The notes below the pieces were generated by a model. That model made no database searches and was not told the DNA's origin. It saw nothing but the letters and a program-made list of their open reading frames with translations. This document shows positions 9,675 through 20,389 of a stretch of 64,000 nucleotides of DNA, one piece after another (position 1 is the stretch's first letter; each line of letters starts with the position of its first letter). The translations under genes and the position numbers were made by a program. Where the stretch lies: assembly GCA_043819555.1 (NCBI GenBank), contig JBDREQ010000001.1:1-64000 (forward strand). Reading direction: 5' to 3'. The stretch is from Candidatus Zixiibacteriota bacterium (GTDB taxonomy: Bacteria; Zixibacteria; MSB-5A5; GN15; JAAZOE01).

Positions 9675-10883
9675 TTAATTTTGATCAAGCGGTTCGGCCA
9701 ATTCCTCCTCTATCTCATCCATTTTTTTTCGCAAATATGCCGGTACCTCAAAATTCTCATTGACCGCAAAGACGACTTCCCGTCTGGAACCGCCATTGCC
9801 GTTGGAAGGCGTATGCGATTTTTTGACCGGTGACATGGGTTTTTCATGTTTAATGGCATTGCCGAATAAGTCGGTCGGGATTTGTTCTACTTGCGGCTCC
9901 TCAAGTTCTTTACGCATTGAAGTGCCCTGGCCGAATCCGGTCGCAATGACTGTCACGCGGATAGTATCTTTTAGGTTTTGGTCGATAACAGCGCCCACGA
10001 TAATATTGGCATCCGCACCGGCAGCATCGTAAATCTTTGAAGTGGCATCATTGACATCAAACAGGGTCATATCCGGTCCGCCGGTGACATTCACCAATAC
10101 ACCCCTGGCTCCGGCAATGGAAATATTTTCCAACAGCGGCGAAGATATGGCTCCGTGAGCGGCAATTGATGCTTTATCTTCGCCGGTAGCTTCTCCCGTG
10201 CCCATCAAGGCATCGCCCATTTCCAGCATCACCGTTCTGACATCGGCAAAATCGCAGTTGATAAGCCCGGCAACTGTAATCAAATCGGAAATACCTTTGG
10301 TCGCCTGATAAAGAACATCATCGGCGATACCGAAGGCGTCTGTTAGAAGCGTACTTTTGTCGGCAATGGCCAGAAGTCTTTGATTGGGTATAGTAATCAA
10401 AGTATCAACATGCTTGCGCAGTTCATCCAAACCATCGTCGGCTCGTGAAATTCGTTTTTTACCTTCGAAATCGAATGGTTTGGTAACAATCGCCACCGCC
10501 AGAGCGCCCTGCGATTTGGCCAATTTGGCAACGGTGGGGGCGGCTCCGGTTCCGGTGCCTCCGCCCATTCCGGCGGTAACAAAAACCATGTCAGCGCCAC
10601 TCAAAGCGGCGGCGACTTCGTCGGCATCTTCTTCAATTGATTTTTTTCCAATTTCCGGGTTGGCTCCAGCACCCAGTCCTTTGGTAACGCGTTTGCCAAT
10701 TTGAATCCTGGCGGCGGCGGAATTTTGCTCCAAAACCTGCGCATCGGTATTAATAGCTATGAATTCGACGCCTGAAAGTTCATTGTCAATCATGCGATTG
10801 ACCGCGTTTCCGCCCGCTCCCCCAACGCCAACAACTTTCAGCGTTGCGTGCTTAACCTGATCGTCTTCAAATTCAAAGGGCAT
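9675..10883 (-). CDS. ftsZ: Cell division protein FtsZ
   Basis: [17 protein letters not shown] tubulin signature, NCDFAD, C-terminal VPAYLRK core. Confidence 0.99.
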   Translation of the reverse strand: MPFEFEDDQVKHATLKVVGVGGAGGNAVNRMIDNELSGVEFIAINTDAQVLEQNSAAARIQIGKRVTKGLGAGANPEIGKKSIEEDADEVAAALSGADMVFVTAGMGGGTGTGAAPTVAKLAKSQGALAVAIVTKPFDFEGKKRISRADDGLDELRKHVDTLITIPNQRLLAIADKSTLLTDAFGIADDVLYQATKGISDLITVAGLINCDFADVRTVMLEMGDALMGTGEATGEDKASIAAHGAISSPLLENISIAGARGVLVNVTGGPDMTLFDVNDATSKIYDAAGADANIIVGAVIDQNLKDTIRVTVIATGFGQGTSMRKELEEPQVEQIPTDLFGNAIKHEKPMSPVKKSHTPSNGNGGSRREVVFAVNENFEVPAYLRKKMDEIEEELAEPLDQN

Positions 10884-10925
10884 GACATCCTCCTCTTGAG
10901 ATTTTATCTCACTTATTCTTTATTT

Positions 10926-12140
10926 TCAAAAATGTTCGTTAAACCACTTTTCAATTTTCTTAAACAGGCCGTGAGTCTTACTTCTGCGCGCGACTTCATG
11001 GCCATGTTTCAATCCATACAAAATTAACCCCACGCCGGTAGCATGAATCGGCGAGTTGACCAAATCTGTCATTCCGTCGAATCCTTTGGGATAGCCGATC
11101 TTGACCGGCATATCGAAAATTTGTTCCGACAGTTCTTCAGTACCCGGCAAAAGCGCTCCTCCCCCAGTCAAAACAATCCCAGCCGCAAGAGAATCGGGGA
11201 AATTTGATTTCCTGACTTCCCGCATCGCCATAGTCAGTATTTCTTCCATCCGAGGTCCGATAATTGACGCCAGGACATTTCTTGAAATCTCTCGCGCGGC
11301 GCGACTACCCACACCAGGAACCGTAATCAATTCATTGGCGTCAACCATTGACGGCATAGAGGCTCCAAAATTCTTTTTAATTTCTTCCGCATGATTAATG
11401 GGCGTTCGCAAACCGATGGCAATATCGTTGGTTACGTTTTTTCCTCCCAGGGGAACGGTCGAAGTATGCCTGATGGAATTATCATAATAAACGGCGATAT
11501 CGGTTGTGCCTCCGCCAATATCAACAACCGCAACTCCAAGTTCCTTCTCTTCATCGGTGAGAATGGCGTAACTCGACGCCAATGATTCAAGCACGAGAGC
11601 TTCCACTTCCTGTTCGCATCGTCCAATAGCGCGGTAGATGTTTCTTACAGCGGTGGCCGCCGCCGTAATTATATGGACTTCGGCTTCGAGTCGAACACCC
11701 GACATTCCGATAGGAACTTTTATGCCGCATTGCTCATCGATTATGAAATCCTGCGGAATGACATGGATTATTTCACGGTCGGCCGGGATGGCGACCGCGC
11801 GGGCGGCATCAATGACACGCTCAATGTCGGTCTCGGTAATCTCTTTGTCGCTCCGGGAAACGGCGATAACACCATGCGAGTTTATCGAGCGAATATGGTC
11901 CCCGGAAATGCCGGCTAGGACCGATTCGATGCTGACCCCGGCCATCAATTCGGCATCAGTTATCGCTTTGGAGATCGACCGCACCGTTTTTTCCAGATCC
12001 ACTACAATTCCCCGACGCATTCCATCGGACGGAACCATTCCCATTCCGACCAGCCGCGGAGTTTCTTCGCCTGATTCAACTTCGGCAATAAGAGCCGATA
12101 TTTTGGTCGTTCCGATATCGAGTCCTACAATGGTCCGCAC
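10926..12140 (-). CDS. ftsA: Cell division protein FtsA
   Basis: GLDIGTTK, DIGGGTTD, LTGGG; directly upstream of ftsZ. Confidence 0.98.
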   Translation of the reverse strand: MRTIVGLDIGTTKISALIAEVESGEETPRLVGMGMVPSDGMRRGIVVDLEKTVRSISKAITDAELMAGVSIESVLAGISGDHIRSINSHGVIAVSRSDKEITETDIERVIDAARAVAIPADREIIHVIPQDFIIDEQCGIKVPIGMSGVRLEAEVHIITAAATAVRNIYRAIGRCEQEVEALVLESLASSYAILTDEEKELGVAVVDIGGGTTDIAVYYDNSIRHTSTVPLGGKNVTNDIAIGLRTPINHAEEIKKNFGASMPSMVDANELITVPGVGSRAAREISRNVLASIIGPRMEEILTMAMREVRKSNFPDSLAAGIVLTGGGALLPGTEELSEQIFDMPVKIGYPKGFDGMTDLVNSPIHATGVGLILYGLKHGHEVARRSKTHGLFKKIEKWFNEHF

Positions 12141-12160
12141 TTATGATTTCCTTCCTCTTC

Positions 12161-12865
12161 TCATTTCTTAATTACCAATCCCGCATACTGGAGGTTAAAC
12201 TGACCTCCCTGCGCCCCCAATCCAGTCTCGCGGAACAAATGCAGTTTATATAGTTGATCCGCGAGATCTTCTGAAATTGCCAAATACGATTCATGACCGG
12301 TGGTCAGGGATATTTCGAGATAAATTTTTGATGACAAATCTATTTCAGCAATCTGAGCAAATAGCTCTGGCGAGTTTTCCTTGATTTCTTCCAGTCCGTG
12401 GATGACATCGGCCATTCTAAAATCATCTGGCTGATTAAATTGTCGCTGAGTATTTAATCCTGTAATGATCGGCATATCCTTTGATTCCCAAGTGGTATCG
12501 TAAGGAATCACACGGCAGAATCTATCAATGCCATAAAGATCATCGGAAGCCAACATAGCCAGTGGCCTAAAGCGATTCACTTCGGCCCGGATTCCTGACG
12601 GCAAATCATAATTAAGGGCGACATTATGAATACCATCCAAGGCCATAATCGTTTCTATCATTGAACTTTTATTCACTCTAAAAATATTCGTTTCATCGGG
12701 AGCATTTTCCAATTTAGGTTTTAGAGCATCGACCCCGGGTCCCAAATATTCAATGGCCTTCCACCCAAACACAGATGAAATGTTGGCAAAAATGGTCGAA
12801 CCTCCAATTACTGCCGTGATGATCAGGCATATCCAGTATTTTTTGCGAATCCCCAGAAACATCAT
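12161..12865 (-). CDS. ftsQ: Cell division protein FtsQ/DivIB-like
   Basis: Single N-terminal TM, POTRA-like region, MPIITG motif; position between murC and ftsA. Confidence 0.75.
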   Translation of the reverse strand: MMFLGIRKKYWICLIITAVIGGSTIFANISSVFGWKAIEYLGPGVDALKPKLENAPDETNIFRVNKSSMIETIMALDGIHNVALNYDLPSGIRAEVNRFRPLAMLASDDLYGIDRFCRVIPYDTTWESKDMPIITGLNTQRQFNQPDDFRMADVIHGLEEIKENSPELFAQIAEIDLSSKIYLEISLTTGHESYLAISEDLADQLYKLHLFRETGLGAQGGQFNLQYAGLVIKK

Positions 12866-14244
12866 GAACCCAGTTTCTTCAACAATTTATCGTTTATGCG
12901 AAAGACATCCCCGGCTCCCATCGTAATAATTACATCCCCGGGCTCGGACATTTCAGCAACAATATCTATCGCATTTTCCTTAAGACCGACATATCTGACA
13001 TTTTTGTATCCAATCGAGTGAGCGTAATCGACAATCATTTCGGCGTTGATTCCCGGCATAGGTTTTTCCCGAGCGGGATAGATATCAACAACCAGGGCAA
13101 CATCGGCAGTGTGGAGGGCTTCGGCAAATTGCCGGTAGAAATCTCGCGTGCGGCTAAACAGATGCGGCTGAAAGATCGCAATTGTTTTTCTTGGAGACGA
13201 TGAGGACGATGCGCGCAATCCGCTCAACGTGGCTTTAACTTCGCTGGGATGATGAGCATAGTCATCAATGACAGTAATATCATTAACCTCGCCTATGATT
13301 TCAAAGCGGCGCCCCACTCCTTTGAACTCGCTCAAGCCTTTATTAATTAATTCGGGAGCTATTTCTATTTCGAGAGCGGCGGCTGTCGCCGCAAGGGCAT
13401 TGGCTATATTAAACCACCCCGGTATGTTTAAAGAAAACCTGCCTTGGTTTTCCTGTCTGACATAAAGCTCGTAACTAGAGCCATGGCCCGAGAATTCAAT
13501 GTTATCGGCATATACATCTGCCGGGGGGCTAAATCCAAAAGTGACAATAGGCCGCTTTATATTATCGCGAATGCGCAAGACGTTTCCATCCGAATCCGGA
13601 ATAATTACTGAGCCGTAAAAAGGAACACGGTTGACATATTCCGTAAATGAATTCAGCAAATCATCAATCCCATCATAGCAATCAAGATGATCCTCCTCAA
13701 TATTGGTGATAACAGCTATTGAGGGATACATTTTCAAAAACGAGCGATCATATTCATCCGCTTCCGCGACCATGATCTCGCCTTTACCAAGCTGTCCGCC
13801 GGAATCAAGTTCGATAGCGCGTCCACCGACAAGAACAGTCGGATCCATTCCTGCAGTCACCAGGATTTTTCCAAGCATGGCGGTCGTTGTCGTTTTGCCG
13901 TGACTGCCCGCGATTCCAATTGAGAATTTGAGGCGCATCAATTCGCCCAGCATTTCAGCCCGCTTAATGACGGGCAAACCTTTTGCAAGCGCTTCCGCGA
14001 CCTCTGGATTTGATTCATTCACCGCGGATGATATTACGACCAGATCGACACCATCCACTTGAGAGGCGCTGTGCCCGGTATAGATCGGTATATTAAGTGA
14101 CTCGAGATGGTCGGTGACCTCCGAAGGCGAAATATCCGAGCCTGATATCTGATAACCCAAATTGTGCAAAATCTTGGCCATGCCCGACATCCCGGCGCCG
14201 CCGATACCCACGAAGTGGAGTTTTTTGTATTTCGAAAAAATCAT
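12862..14244 (-). CDS. murC: UDP-N-acetylmuramate--L-alanine ligase
   Basis: HFVGIGGAGMSG, AGSHGKTTTT, EADEYDRSF, DDYAHHP, FQPH; start taken at ATG 14244. Confidence 0.98.
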   Translation of the reverse strand: MIFSKYKKLHFVGIGGAGMSGMAKILHNLGYQISGSDISPSEVTDHLESLNIPIYTGHSASQVDGVDLVVISSAVNESNPEVAEALAKGLPVIKRAEMLGELMRLKFSIGIAGSHGKTTTTAMLGKILVTAGMDPTVLVGGRAIELDSGGQLGKGEIMVAEADEYDRSFLKMYPSIAVITNIEEDHLDCYDGIDDLLNSFTEYVNRVPFYGSVIIPDSDGNVLRIRDNIKRPIVTFGFSPPADVYADNIEFSGHGSSYELYVRQENQGRFSLNIPGWFNIANALAATAAALEIEIAPELINKGLSEFKGVGRRFEIIGEVNDITVIDDYAHHPSEVKATLSGLRASSSSSPRKTIAIFQPHLFSRTRDFYRQFAEALHTADVALVVDIYPAREKPMPGINAEMIVDYAHSIGYKNVRYVGLKENAIDIVAEMSEPGDVIITMGAGDVFRINDKLLKKLGS

Positions 14245-14272
14245 ATTTGCCCGCCTAAACTCTCTTGGTGTT

Positions 14273-15391
14273 TCAACCCTGGTGATAGTCGCCAAGTTTT
14301 TCTCCTTTATCCTTCATTAAATCCACTATATGTTGAGCTATCTTTTTGGCCGCATCCGTATTCCCCAGTTTCGATGACGCGGATTTCATTTTTTCAAATT
14401 TATCCGAGGTCAAAATTGTCATGGCCCGTTGCAGAGGATTAATGGTATCGATGTCTTTATCAGCGATGACTTCGGCCGCGCCTTCTTTTGCGATTTCCCG
14501 GGCGTTATAGTCCTGATGACTGGCGGTCGCGAAAGGATATGGAATCAGTATGGCCGGAATGCCGCAATTTGTTAATTCGGCAATCGTCAAAGCTCCGGCT
14601 CGCGCGATAGCTATATCGGCAATGGCGTAAACGAGTTCCATTTCATTTGAAAACGGGAAGAGGGAGACGACAAACTCCTTTTTGTCCAGTCGCTCAGTTA
14701 CATCCTTGTAATCCCCCTCCCCGCATTGCCATAATAGTTGAACCGAATCATCGAGGAATTTCAATCCATCGAATATAGCATAATTGATCTTCCGGGCTCC
14801 TTGCGAACCACCCAGAATTAAAATTGTTTTTCTTTCCGGTTTTAATCCAAATTTCTCGTATGCTTTATTTTTATCTCCGGAACTTATTGAGGAACGAACC
14901 GGGTTTCCGACAAGCATCCGCTTCGTTTGAACCGGCAGGTATTCCTCCGCTTTTCTGTAAGCGAGGTAAATCATCCTGGTTCGGGACGCCAACTTTCTTG
15001 TCACCAAACCCGGGTAACTATTCTGTTCCTGAATAACGCAAGGGATATTTTTCATTGATGCTGCGATAATCGGCGGTCCGGCCGCATATCCTCCGGTTCC
15101 GACCACGATGTCGGGTTTAAATCTTCCTAATATTTTATAAGACTGCAGCACCGTCCATACCAGCCTGAATGGGAAAATCAGCAGAGATAACGCCAATTTT
15201 CTGGGCAATCCGCGCATCGAAATCAACGATAATGGATATCCCAGTTTCTCCCTCATGCGATACTCAATTCCATATCTGGTTCCCACAAATTCAATCTCGT
15301 TATTTTTATCAAGGCGTTTAATCTCCTCGGCGATGGCAAGGGCCGGATACAGATGACCTCCTGTTCCCCCTCCGGCAAACAGAATTTTCAT
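14273..15391 (-). CDS. murG: Undecaprenyldiphospho-muramoylpentapeptide beta-N-acetylglucosaminyltransferase
   Basis: GGGTGGHLYP, EQN, GNPVR, GGSQGA, RAGA, HQ..NA. Confidence 0.98.
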   Translation of the reverse strand: MKILFAGGGTGGHLYPALAIAEEIKRLDKNNEIEFVGTRYGIEYRMREKLGYPLSLISMRGLPRKLALSLLIFPFRLVWTVLQSYKILGRFKPDIVVGTGGYAAGPPIIAASMKNIPCVIQEQNSYPGLVTRKLASRTRMIYLAYRKAEEYLPVQTKRMLVGNPVRSSISSGDKNKAYEKFGLKPERKTILILGGSQGARKINYAIFDGLKFLDDSVQLLWQCGEGDYKDVTERLDKKEFVVSLFPFSNEMELVYAIADIAIARAGALTIAELTNCGIPAILIPYPFATASHQDYNAREIAKEGAAEVIADKDIDTINPLQRAMTILTSDKFEKMKSASSKLGNTDAAKKIAQHIVDLMKDKGEKLGDYHQG

Positions 15392-16521
15392 TGAACACGC
15401 CTCACTTGCCAACGAGATAAATTGAGGAGGAGTCCCACGGCCGCCGCAGAAACAACTAACGATGAACCTCCAAAACTGAGAAACGGTAATGGCAATCCGG
15501 TTGTCGGAATCAGACCCAGAACAACCGCGATGTTAATGCAAATATTTATAGCCAAACAAAGAATCAATCCGGAAGCTAGGAGATAGCGGAATTTATCAGG
15601 CTGACCGGAAGCGATGCGGAAACCCCGCCAAATAACCGCGTAGAATAATCCCAGAGTAATGATCAATCCCAGAAGGCCAAGCTCTTCCCCGATTGAAGCA
15701 AAAATGAAATCGGTATGCGGTTCCGGCAGGAAAAACTGTTTGAATATTCCATTTCCCAGCCCTGTTCCCCAAATGCCTCCATTGGCGATAGACAAAACCG
15801 ATTGCTTCACCTGGTGCGGGGCTTGCATAGGGTCAGCCATCCAATCGAAAAAATCAAGGACACGGGACTTTTTATATCCGGCGATAAATACCAGGAGATA
15901 AACCGCAATGGCGGAACCGCCTATGGCGATGGCGAGATGGTTTAATCGCGCACCGGCCAGATATAAAAGAATAATAACCGTTGTTCCTAAAACCAGGATC
16001 GAGCCAAGATCAGGCTCAAAGACAATCAACAAGGTTCCCGCCAGCAATATCGGCCCATAGGGCCATATATATAATTTCAAATTATCGAGCGACCGCCCTT
16101 TCTGCGATAATGAATGAGCCAGGTAAAAAAGGATCATGTACTTAAAAATTTCGGAAGGCTGGAATGTGAAAAAGCCGGTTGACAGCCAACGATGAGTTCC
16201 GCGAATCGGATTTGGGATATAGACGATTATCAAAAGCGCAAAGGCCAGTATTAACCCTGGGAAAATCAGCTTTCTTGCCTTTTCCAAATCGATTCTAATC
16301 GCCAGATACATAACAATATAAGCCAGCACCAGGTATATAATCTGACGTTTTAGGAAAAAGGCATGGCTTGAAAATTTCCTTCCATCTTCGGTCATGGCGT
16401 TTTGCGCAATCGCGCTCGATGAAGAATAGACCATGATGCTGCCAAGCAGAATCAAAAGAGAGACTGATAACAGCAACCAGTGATCGATCTTTTTATCTTT
16501 AGGCTTCAACAGCAGTACCAT
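15388..16521 (-). CDS. ftsW: SEDS peptidoglycan polymerase FtsW
   Basis: RW, FQPSE, EPDLG, LPEPHTDFIF, PTTGLPLPFLSFGGSS. Confidence 0.97.
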   Translation of the reverse strand: MVLLLKPKDKKIDHWLLLSVSLLILLGSIMVYSSSSAIAQNAMTEDGRKFSSHAFFLKRQIIYLVLAYIVMYLAIRIDLEKARKLIFPGLILAFALLIIVYIPNPIRGTHRWLSTGFFTFQPSEIFKYMILFYLAHSLSQKGRSLDNLKLYIWPYGPILLAGTLLIVFEPDLGSILVLGTTVIILLYLAGARLNHLAIAIGGSAIAVYLLVFIAGYKKSRVLDFFDWMADPMQAPHQVKQSVLSIANGGIWGTGLGNGIFKQFFLPEPHTDFIFASIGEELGLLGLIITLGLFYAVIWRGFRIASGQPDKFRYLLASGLILCLAINICINIAVVLGLIPTTGLPLPFLSFGGSSLVVSAAAVGLLLNLSRWQVRRVQ

Positions 16522-17908
16522 TGCCTTTTCCGTTTTTCAATTTCATTACCAATTTCTTAAAATCTTCGCCGCGTTGTTCAAAGTTGCGATACATATCGAA
16601 ACTGGCGCATCCGGGCGAAAGCAGAACCGTATCTCCGGGATGTGACAGGTCGAATGATTTTTGTACGGCATCAGCCATTGAATCAGCCATGACCGCAGAT
16701 ATATGGCGGCCCAGTTGATCAAATATTTTTTCCCGTGCTTCGCCGATAAGAATCATATGCTTGACCTTACCTGAGGCATAAGGCAACAGGCGCGTAAAAT
16801 CGCCCTGTTTATCGCGGCCTCCGGCGATAAGATTTATGTTTCCGGGGATTGACTGAAGAGCGACAACAACGGCATCGACATTTGTGCCTTTGGAATCATT
16901 TATAAATGAAACCCCCCCGATGGTATTGACATATTCAAGGCGATGCTCGACTCCGGTAAATTTTTCCAGAACGGACGCAATTATTTGGGCATCAATTCCG
17001 CATATCAGCGCCGCGGCCGTGGCTGCCGAGGCATTGGATAAATTATGCGGGCCGGGGATTCCGATTTTGTCGGAGGATATAATATCATATTCTCTGCCGG
17101 CCAACTTCCCAAACAGTCTCTTCCCCCTCTGGGAGACACCATCCGGAAGTTGGCCGGTACTGCTGATGTTATCCTGGATTGAATATTTTATAACACTGCT
17201 TTTGTAAGGAAAAGTGCGTCGCGAGATTTCATTATCATCAACATTGAGAATGGCATAATGTTCGGCGGTTTGGTTTTCGAATATTTTATATTTGGCGGCG
17301 CAGTAATTATCAAAAGATTTATAGCGATCGAGATGATCTGGTGTTAGATTTAGTAAAATACCAACATACGGCGCGAATTGTTCAATCCGATCTAATTGAA
17401 ATGAAGAAACTTCAATAACAGCCAAACCGTCTTCCGGTACATCTCTGGCAATCTGAGAAAACGGGGTTCCAATATTTCCGCCGACAACCGTTGGTATTCC
17501 CGAAGCTTTGCATATTTCGCCCAATAATGTTGTCGTCGTGGTCTTCCCGTTGGAGCCAGTTATCGCTAAAATTCTACCCCGGCAAATCCAGGAAGCTAAC
17601 TCAATTTCTGAAAGAATCGGAATTCCGGCGCTCGATGCCATTTGAAGAATATCGATCGAGCCGGGAACGCCGGGTGAGCAAATCAGATAATCGCTTTCGA
17701 GTAATTTTTCCGTATGTCCGCCGTATTCAAACGCAATGCCCTCTTTTTCAAGAATGGCGATTACTTCGAACAAATCCTTTTCTGACATTACATCAGAAAC
17801 CAGAGGTACGCCGCCTAATTGTTTGACCAATTTGGCGGCGGCAATTCCCGATCTGGCCATGCCGATAATGCCAACTCTTCTTCCCTGTATTCTATCAATT
17901 CTATTCAT
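16499..17908 (-). CDS. murD: UDP-N-acetylmuramoyl-L-alanine--D-glutamate ligase
   Basis: GSNGKTTTT, EVSSFQL, DHLDRY, NDSKGTN, SPGCASFD. Confidence 0.98.
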   Translation of the reverse strand: MNRIDRIQGRRVGIIGMARSGIAAAKLVKQLGGVPLVSDVMSEKDLFEVIAILEKEGIAFEYGGHTEKLLESDYLICSPGVPGSIDILQMASSAGIPILSEIELASWICRGRILAITGSNGKTTTTTLLGEICKASGIPTVVGGNIGTPFSQIARDVPEDGLAVIEVSSFQLDRIEQFAPYVGILLNLTPDHLDRYKSFDNYCAAKYKIFENQTAEHYAILNVDDNEISRRTFPYKSSVIKYSIQDNISSTGQLPDGVSQRGKRLFGKLAGREYDIISSDKIGIPGPHNLSNASAATAAALICGIDAQIIASVLEKFTGVEHRLEYVNTIGGVSFINDSKGTNVDAVVVALQSIPGNINLIAGGRDKQGDFTRLLPYASGKVKHMILIGEAREKIFDQLGRHISAVMADSMADAVQKSFDLSHPGDTVLLSPGCASFDMYRNFEQRGEDFKKLVMKLKNGKGNGTAVEA

Positions 17909-18990
17909 CGTATTTTCAACGTACTAAGGGTTAAAAGCGCGCAAATGGCGCCGATTATCCAAAAGCGGACGACTACTTTCGATTCATCCCATCCTAAAAG
18001 TTCAAAATGATGATGCAGCGGAGCCATTTTGAAAATTCGCTTGCCTCTTAATCGATATGACATTACCTGGATTATTACTGAAACCGCTTCGGCCACGAAA
18101 ACGCCTCCAACGATAACAAGCAGAAGTTCTTTCTTGATTAATATTGCTATAGCCCCCAAAGCTCCCCCCAACGCCAGGGCGCCAGTGTCACCCATGAATA
18201 CCTGGGCGGGGTGCGAGTTAAACCACAAAAATCCGAGCGAGGCGCCAATAACAGCCGCGCAATAGACAGCCAATTCGCCGGAACCAGGCATATACTCAAT
18301 GGTCAGATAAGAGGAATAGTCCGCGCGTCCGGCGACGTAGGTAAGGCCGGCGAATGCGATAAAACAAAATGCCGAGAGTCCTATTGCCAAACCATCAAGA
18401 CCATCGGAGAGGTTGACGGCATTTGATGTACCGGCAATGACCACGATTATAAACGGAACATAGAGTATGCCCAGATTGAGAATATAGTTTTTGAAGAACG
18501 GTATATTAGTATGGGCGCTAAATTCGCCGCCGGGCGGGAAATAATATAACAGCAGACCGAATAACAGTCCACAGGCAATCTGACCAACCATTTTCTTGCG
18601 TCCGACCAATCCACGTGCCTGGAGTTTTTTTGCTTTGAGATAATCATCCATAAATCCGATTGCGCCCATCCAGATGGTGACCATCAGGATTAACAGGATA
18701 AATCGATTTGTCAGGTCAGCCCATAAAAGGGTTGGTATCAAGACTGAAAAAAGAATCATCACCCCGCCCATCGTCGGAGTGCCTTCCTTGGCCTTATGGG
18801 TCGCCGGACCTTCTTCCCTGATTTTTTCTTTAACCTGAAAACGATGTAAGATTCTAAGAAACATGGGGCCGAATAATAGCGAAATAAGAAGCGCGGTTAT
18901 CGATGCGGCAACCGCACGAGTGGTGATATAACGGAATAAATTCAGACCCGAGATATACTGCGTCAATTCTGTTAGTAAATAATACAGCAT
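17905..18990 (-). CDS. mraY: Phospho-N-acetylmuramoyl-pentapeptide transferase
   Basis: KEGTPTMGG, NAVNLSDGLDGL, FMGDTG, MAPLHHHFE. Confidence 0.99.
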   Translation of the reverse strand: MLYYLLTELTQYISGLNLFRYITTRAVAASITALLISLLFGPMFLRILHRFQVKEKIREEGPATHKAKEGTPTMGGVMILFSVLIPTLLWADLTNRFILLILMVTIWMGAIGFMDDYLKAKKLQARGLVGRKKMVGQIACGLLFGLLLYYFPPGGEFSAHTNIPFFKNYILNLGILYVPFIIVVIAGTSNAVNLSDGLDGLAIGLSAFCFIAFAGLTYVAGRADYSSYLTIEYMPGSGELAVYCAAVIGASLGFLWFNSHPAQVFMGDTGALALGGALGAIAILIKKELLLVIVGGVFVAEAVSVIIQVMSYRLRGKRIFKMAPLHHHFELLGWDESKVVVRFWIIGAICALLTLSTLKIR

Positions 18991-18991
18991 T

Positions 18992-20389
18992 TTAATTTCT
19001 CTTAAAAGCTGTTCCCTTCAACCCGGAAACGATTTTTTCAATTCTCATACCACGAGATCCCTTGAACAAAATCAAGTCACCGCGATGGATGATTTTCAGT
19101 AATTGGTCGAGTAGTTCATTATGATCCCGGAAATGAATCGCATGTTTGCCGGTCATACCTTCACAAATCGCTTCTTGAACCGTATTCTCTGTCAATGATC
19201 CCAGGCATAATAGAAAAGCCACACCTGATTTGGCGGCAATGGCACCGATGTTTTTATGGAACTCAATTTCATTTTCGCCAAGTTCCAGCATATCACCTAT
19301 GATCGCAATGCGTCGGCCTGTAGTGGGTAAATTACACAACGTATCAAGCGATGCCGTAACTGATCCCGGATTGGCGTTATAGCAATCTATTAAGAGATGC
19401 AATCCCTCAAATGATTCTGAAACCATACGCATATCGACGGGCTGAAATGATGCCAAACCCTGCGTCCATTCATCCGGTGAACATTCCCAAACCGTGGCCG
19501 CCGCGACAGCTGCCAGAACATTATATATATTTACTTTGCCGAAGACTGGAATACGGATATTATGACCGTTAATGTCGCAGAAGTAATTGCCCTTATCATC
19601 AATTCTTATCTTAGTCGCTCGGATGTCGCAATCGTTGGAAATGCCAAAGCCAATATATTTGAGATTTCTTCTTTGGGCTTCATTTGTCAGGTTTTCATCA
19701 TCTGCATTCAGGATTACTACCGCCCCGACCGGAAGATTGTCAACCAGTTCGAATTTGGCTTTGATTACATTTTCAATTGTCCCCAGAGTATCCAGATGAG
19801 CCGGACCGATATTAGTAATTACCGCGATATCCGGCTTGATTATTGATGCCAATCGCGTCATTTCCCCCGGAACGGAAATACCCAGTTCAAATACGGCATA
19901 GTCAGCATCAGACGGCATCATTCCCAGTGATAATGGCAGTCCAAATAGATTATTCAGATTTCCCGGAGAGCGGAAAGCACTATGGTTCACGCCTACGATT
20001 GAGTAAAGCATTTCTTTGGTTGTTGTTTTTCCGTTGGTTCCGGTTATGCCGGCAAATCTTGCGTCAATCTGGCGGCGGATATATCCGGCCAGATTCAGCA
20101 AGGCTTCATGGGTATCATTAACGACATAAATCAATCCTGGCGGATTGGCGGAAAATTGTGAAATTCGATCCCGGTTAACAACCGCGGCGGCGGCGCCTCG
20201 TTGAAAGGCGCCTGGGATATACTCATGTCCATCATTATTTTCGCCTTTAATCGCGAAAAACAATTCACCGGATTTGATCGTGCGGCTATCGATTGATAAT
20301 CCGGTGAATTCCGGCATGCCATCAATTGCGCCGTTGATTATTTCCGAATCAAGAACTATTTTTAGTATTGACGGAATCAAGTATTTCAC
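18992..20389 (-). CDS. murF: UDP-N-acetylmuramoyl-tripeptide--D-alanyl-D-alanine ligase
   Basis: GTNGKTTTKE, NLNN..GLP, DCYNANP, GDMLELG, KGSRGM. Confidence 0.97.
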   Translation of the reverse strand: MKYLIPSILKIVLDSEIINGAIDGMPEFTGLSIDSRTIKSGELFFAIKGENNDGHEYIPGAFQRGAAAAVVNRDRISQFSANPPGLIYVVNDTHEALLNLAGYIRRQIDARFAGITGTNGKTTTKEMLYSIVGVNHSAFRSPGNLNNLFGLPLSLGMMPSDADYAVFELGISVPGEMTRLASIIKPDIAVITNIGPAHLDTLGTIENVIKAKFELVDNLPVGAVVILNADDENLTNEAQRRNLKYIGFGISNDCDIRATKIRIDDKGNYFCDINGHNIRIPVFGKVNIYNVLAAVAAATVWECSPDEWTQGLASFQPVDMRMVSESFEGLHLLIDCYNANPGSVTASLDTLCNLPTTGRRIAIIGDMLELGENEIEFHKNIGAIAAKSGVAFLLCLGSLTENTVQEAICEGMTGKHAIHFRDHNELLDQLLKIIHRGDLILFKGSRGMRIEKIVSGLKGTAFKRN

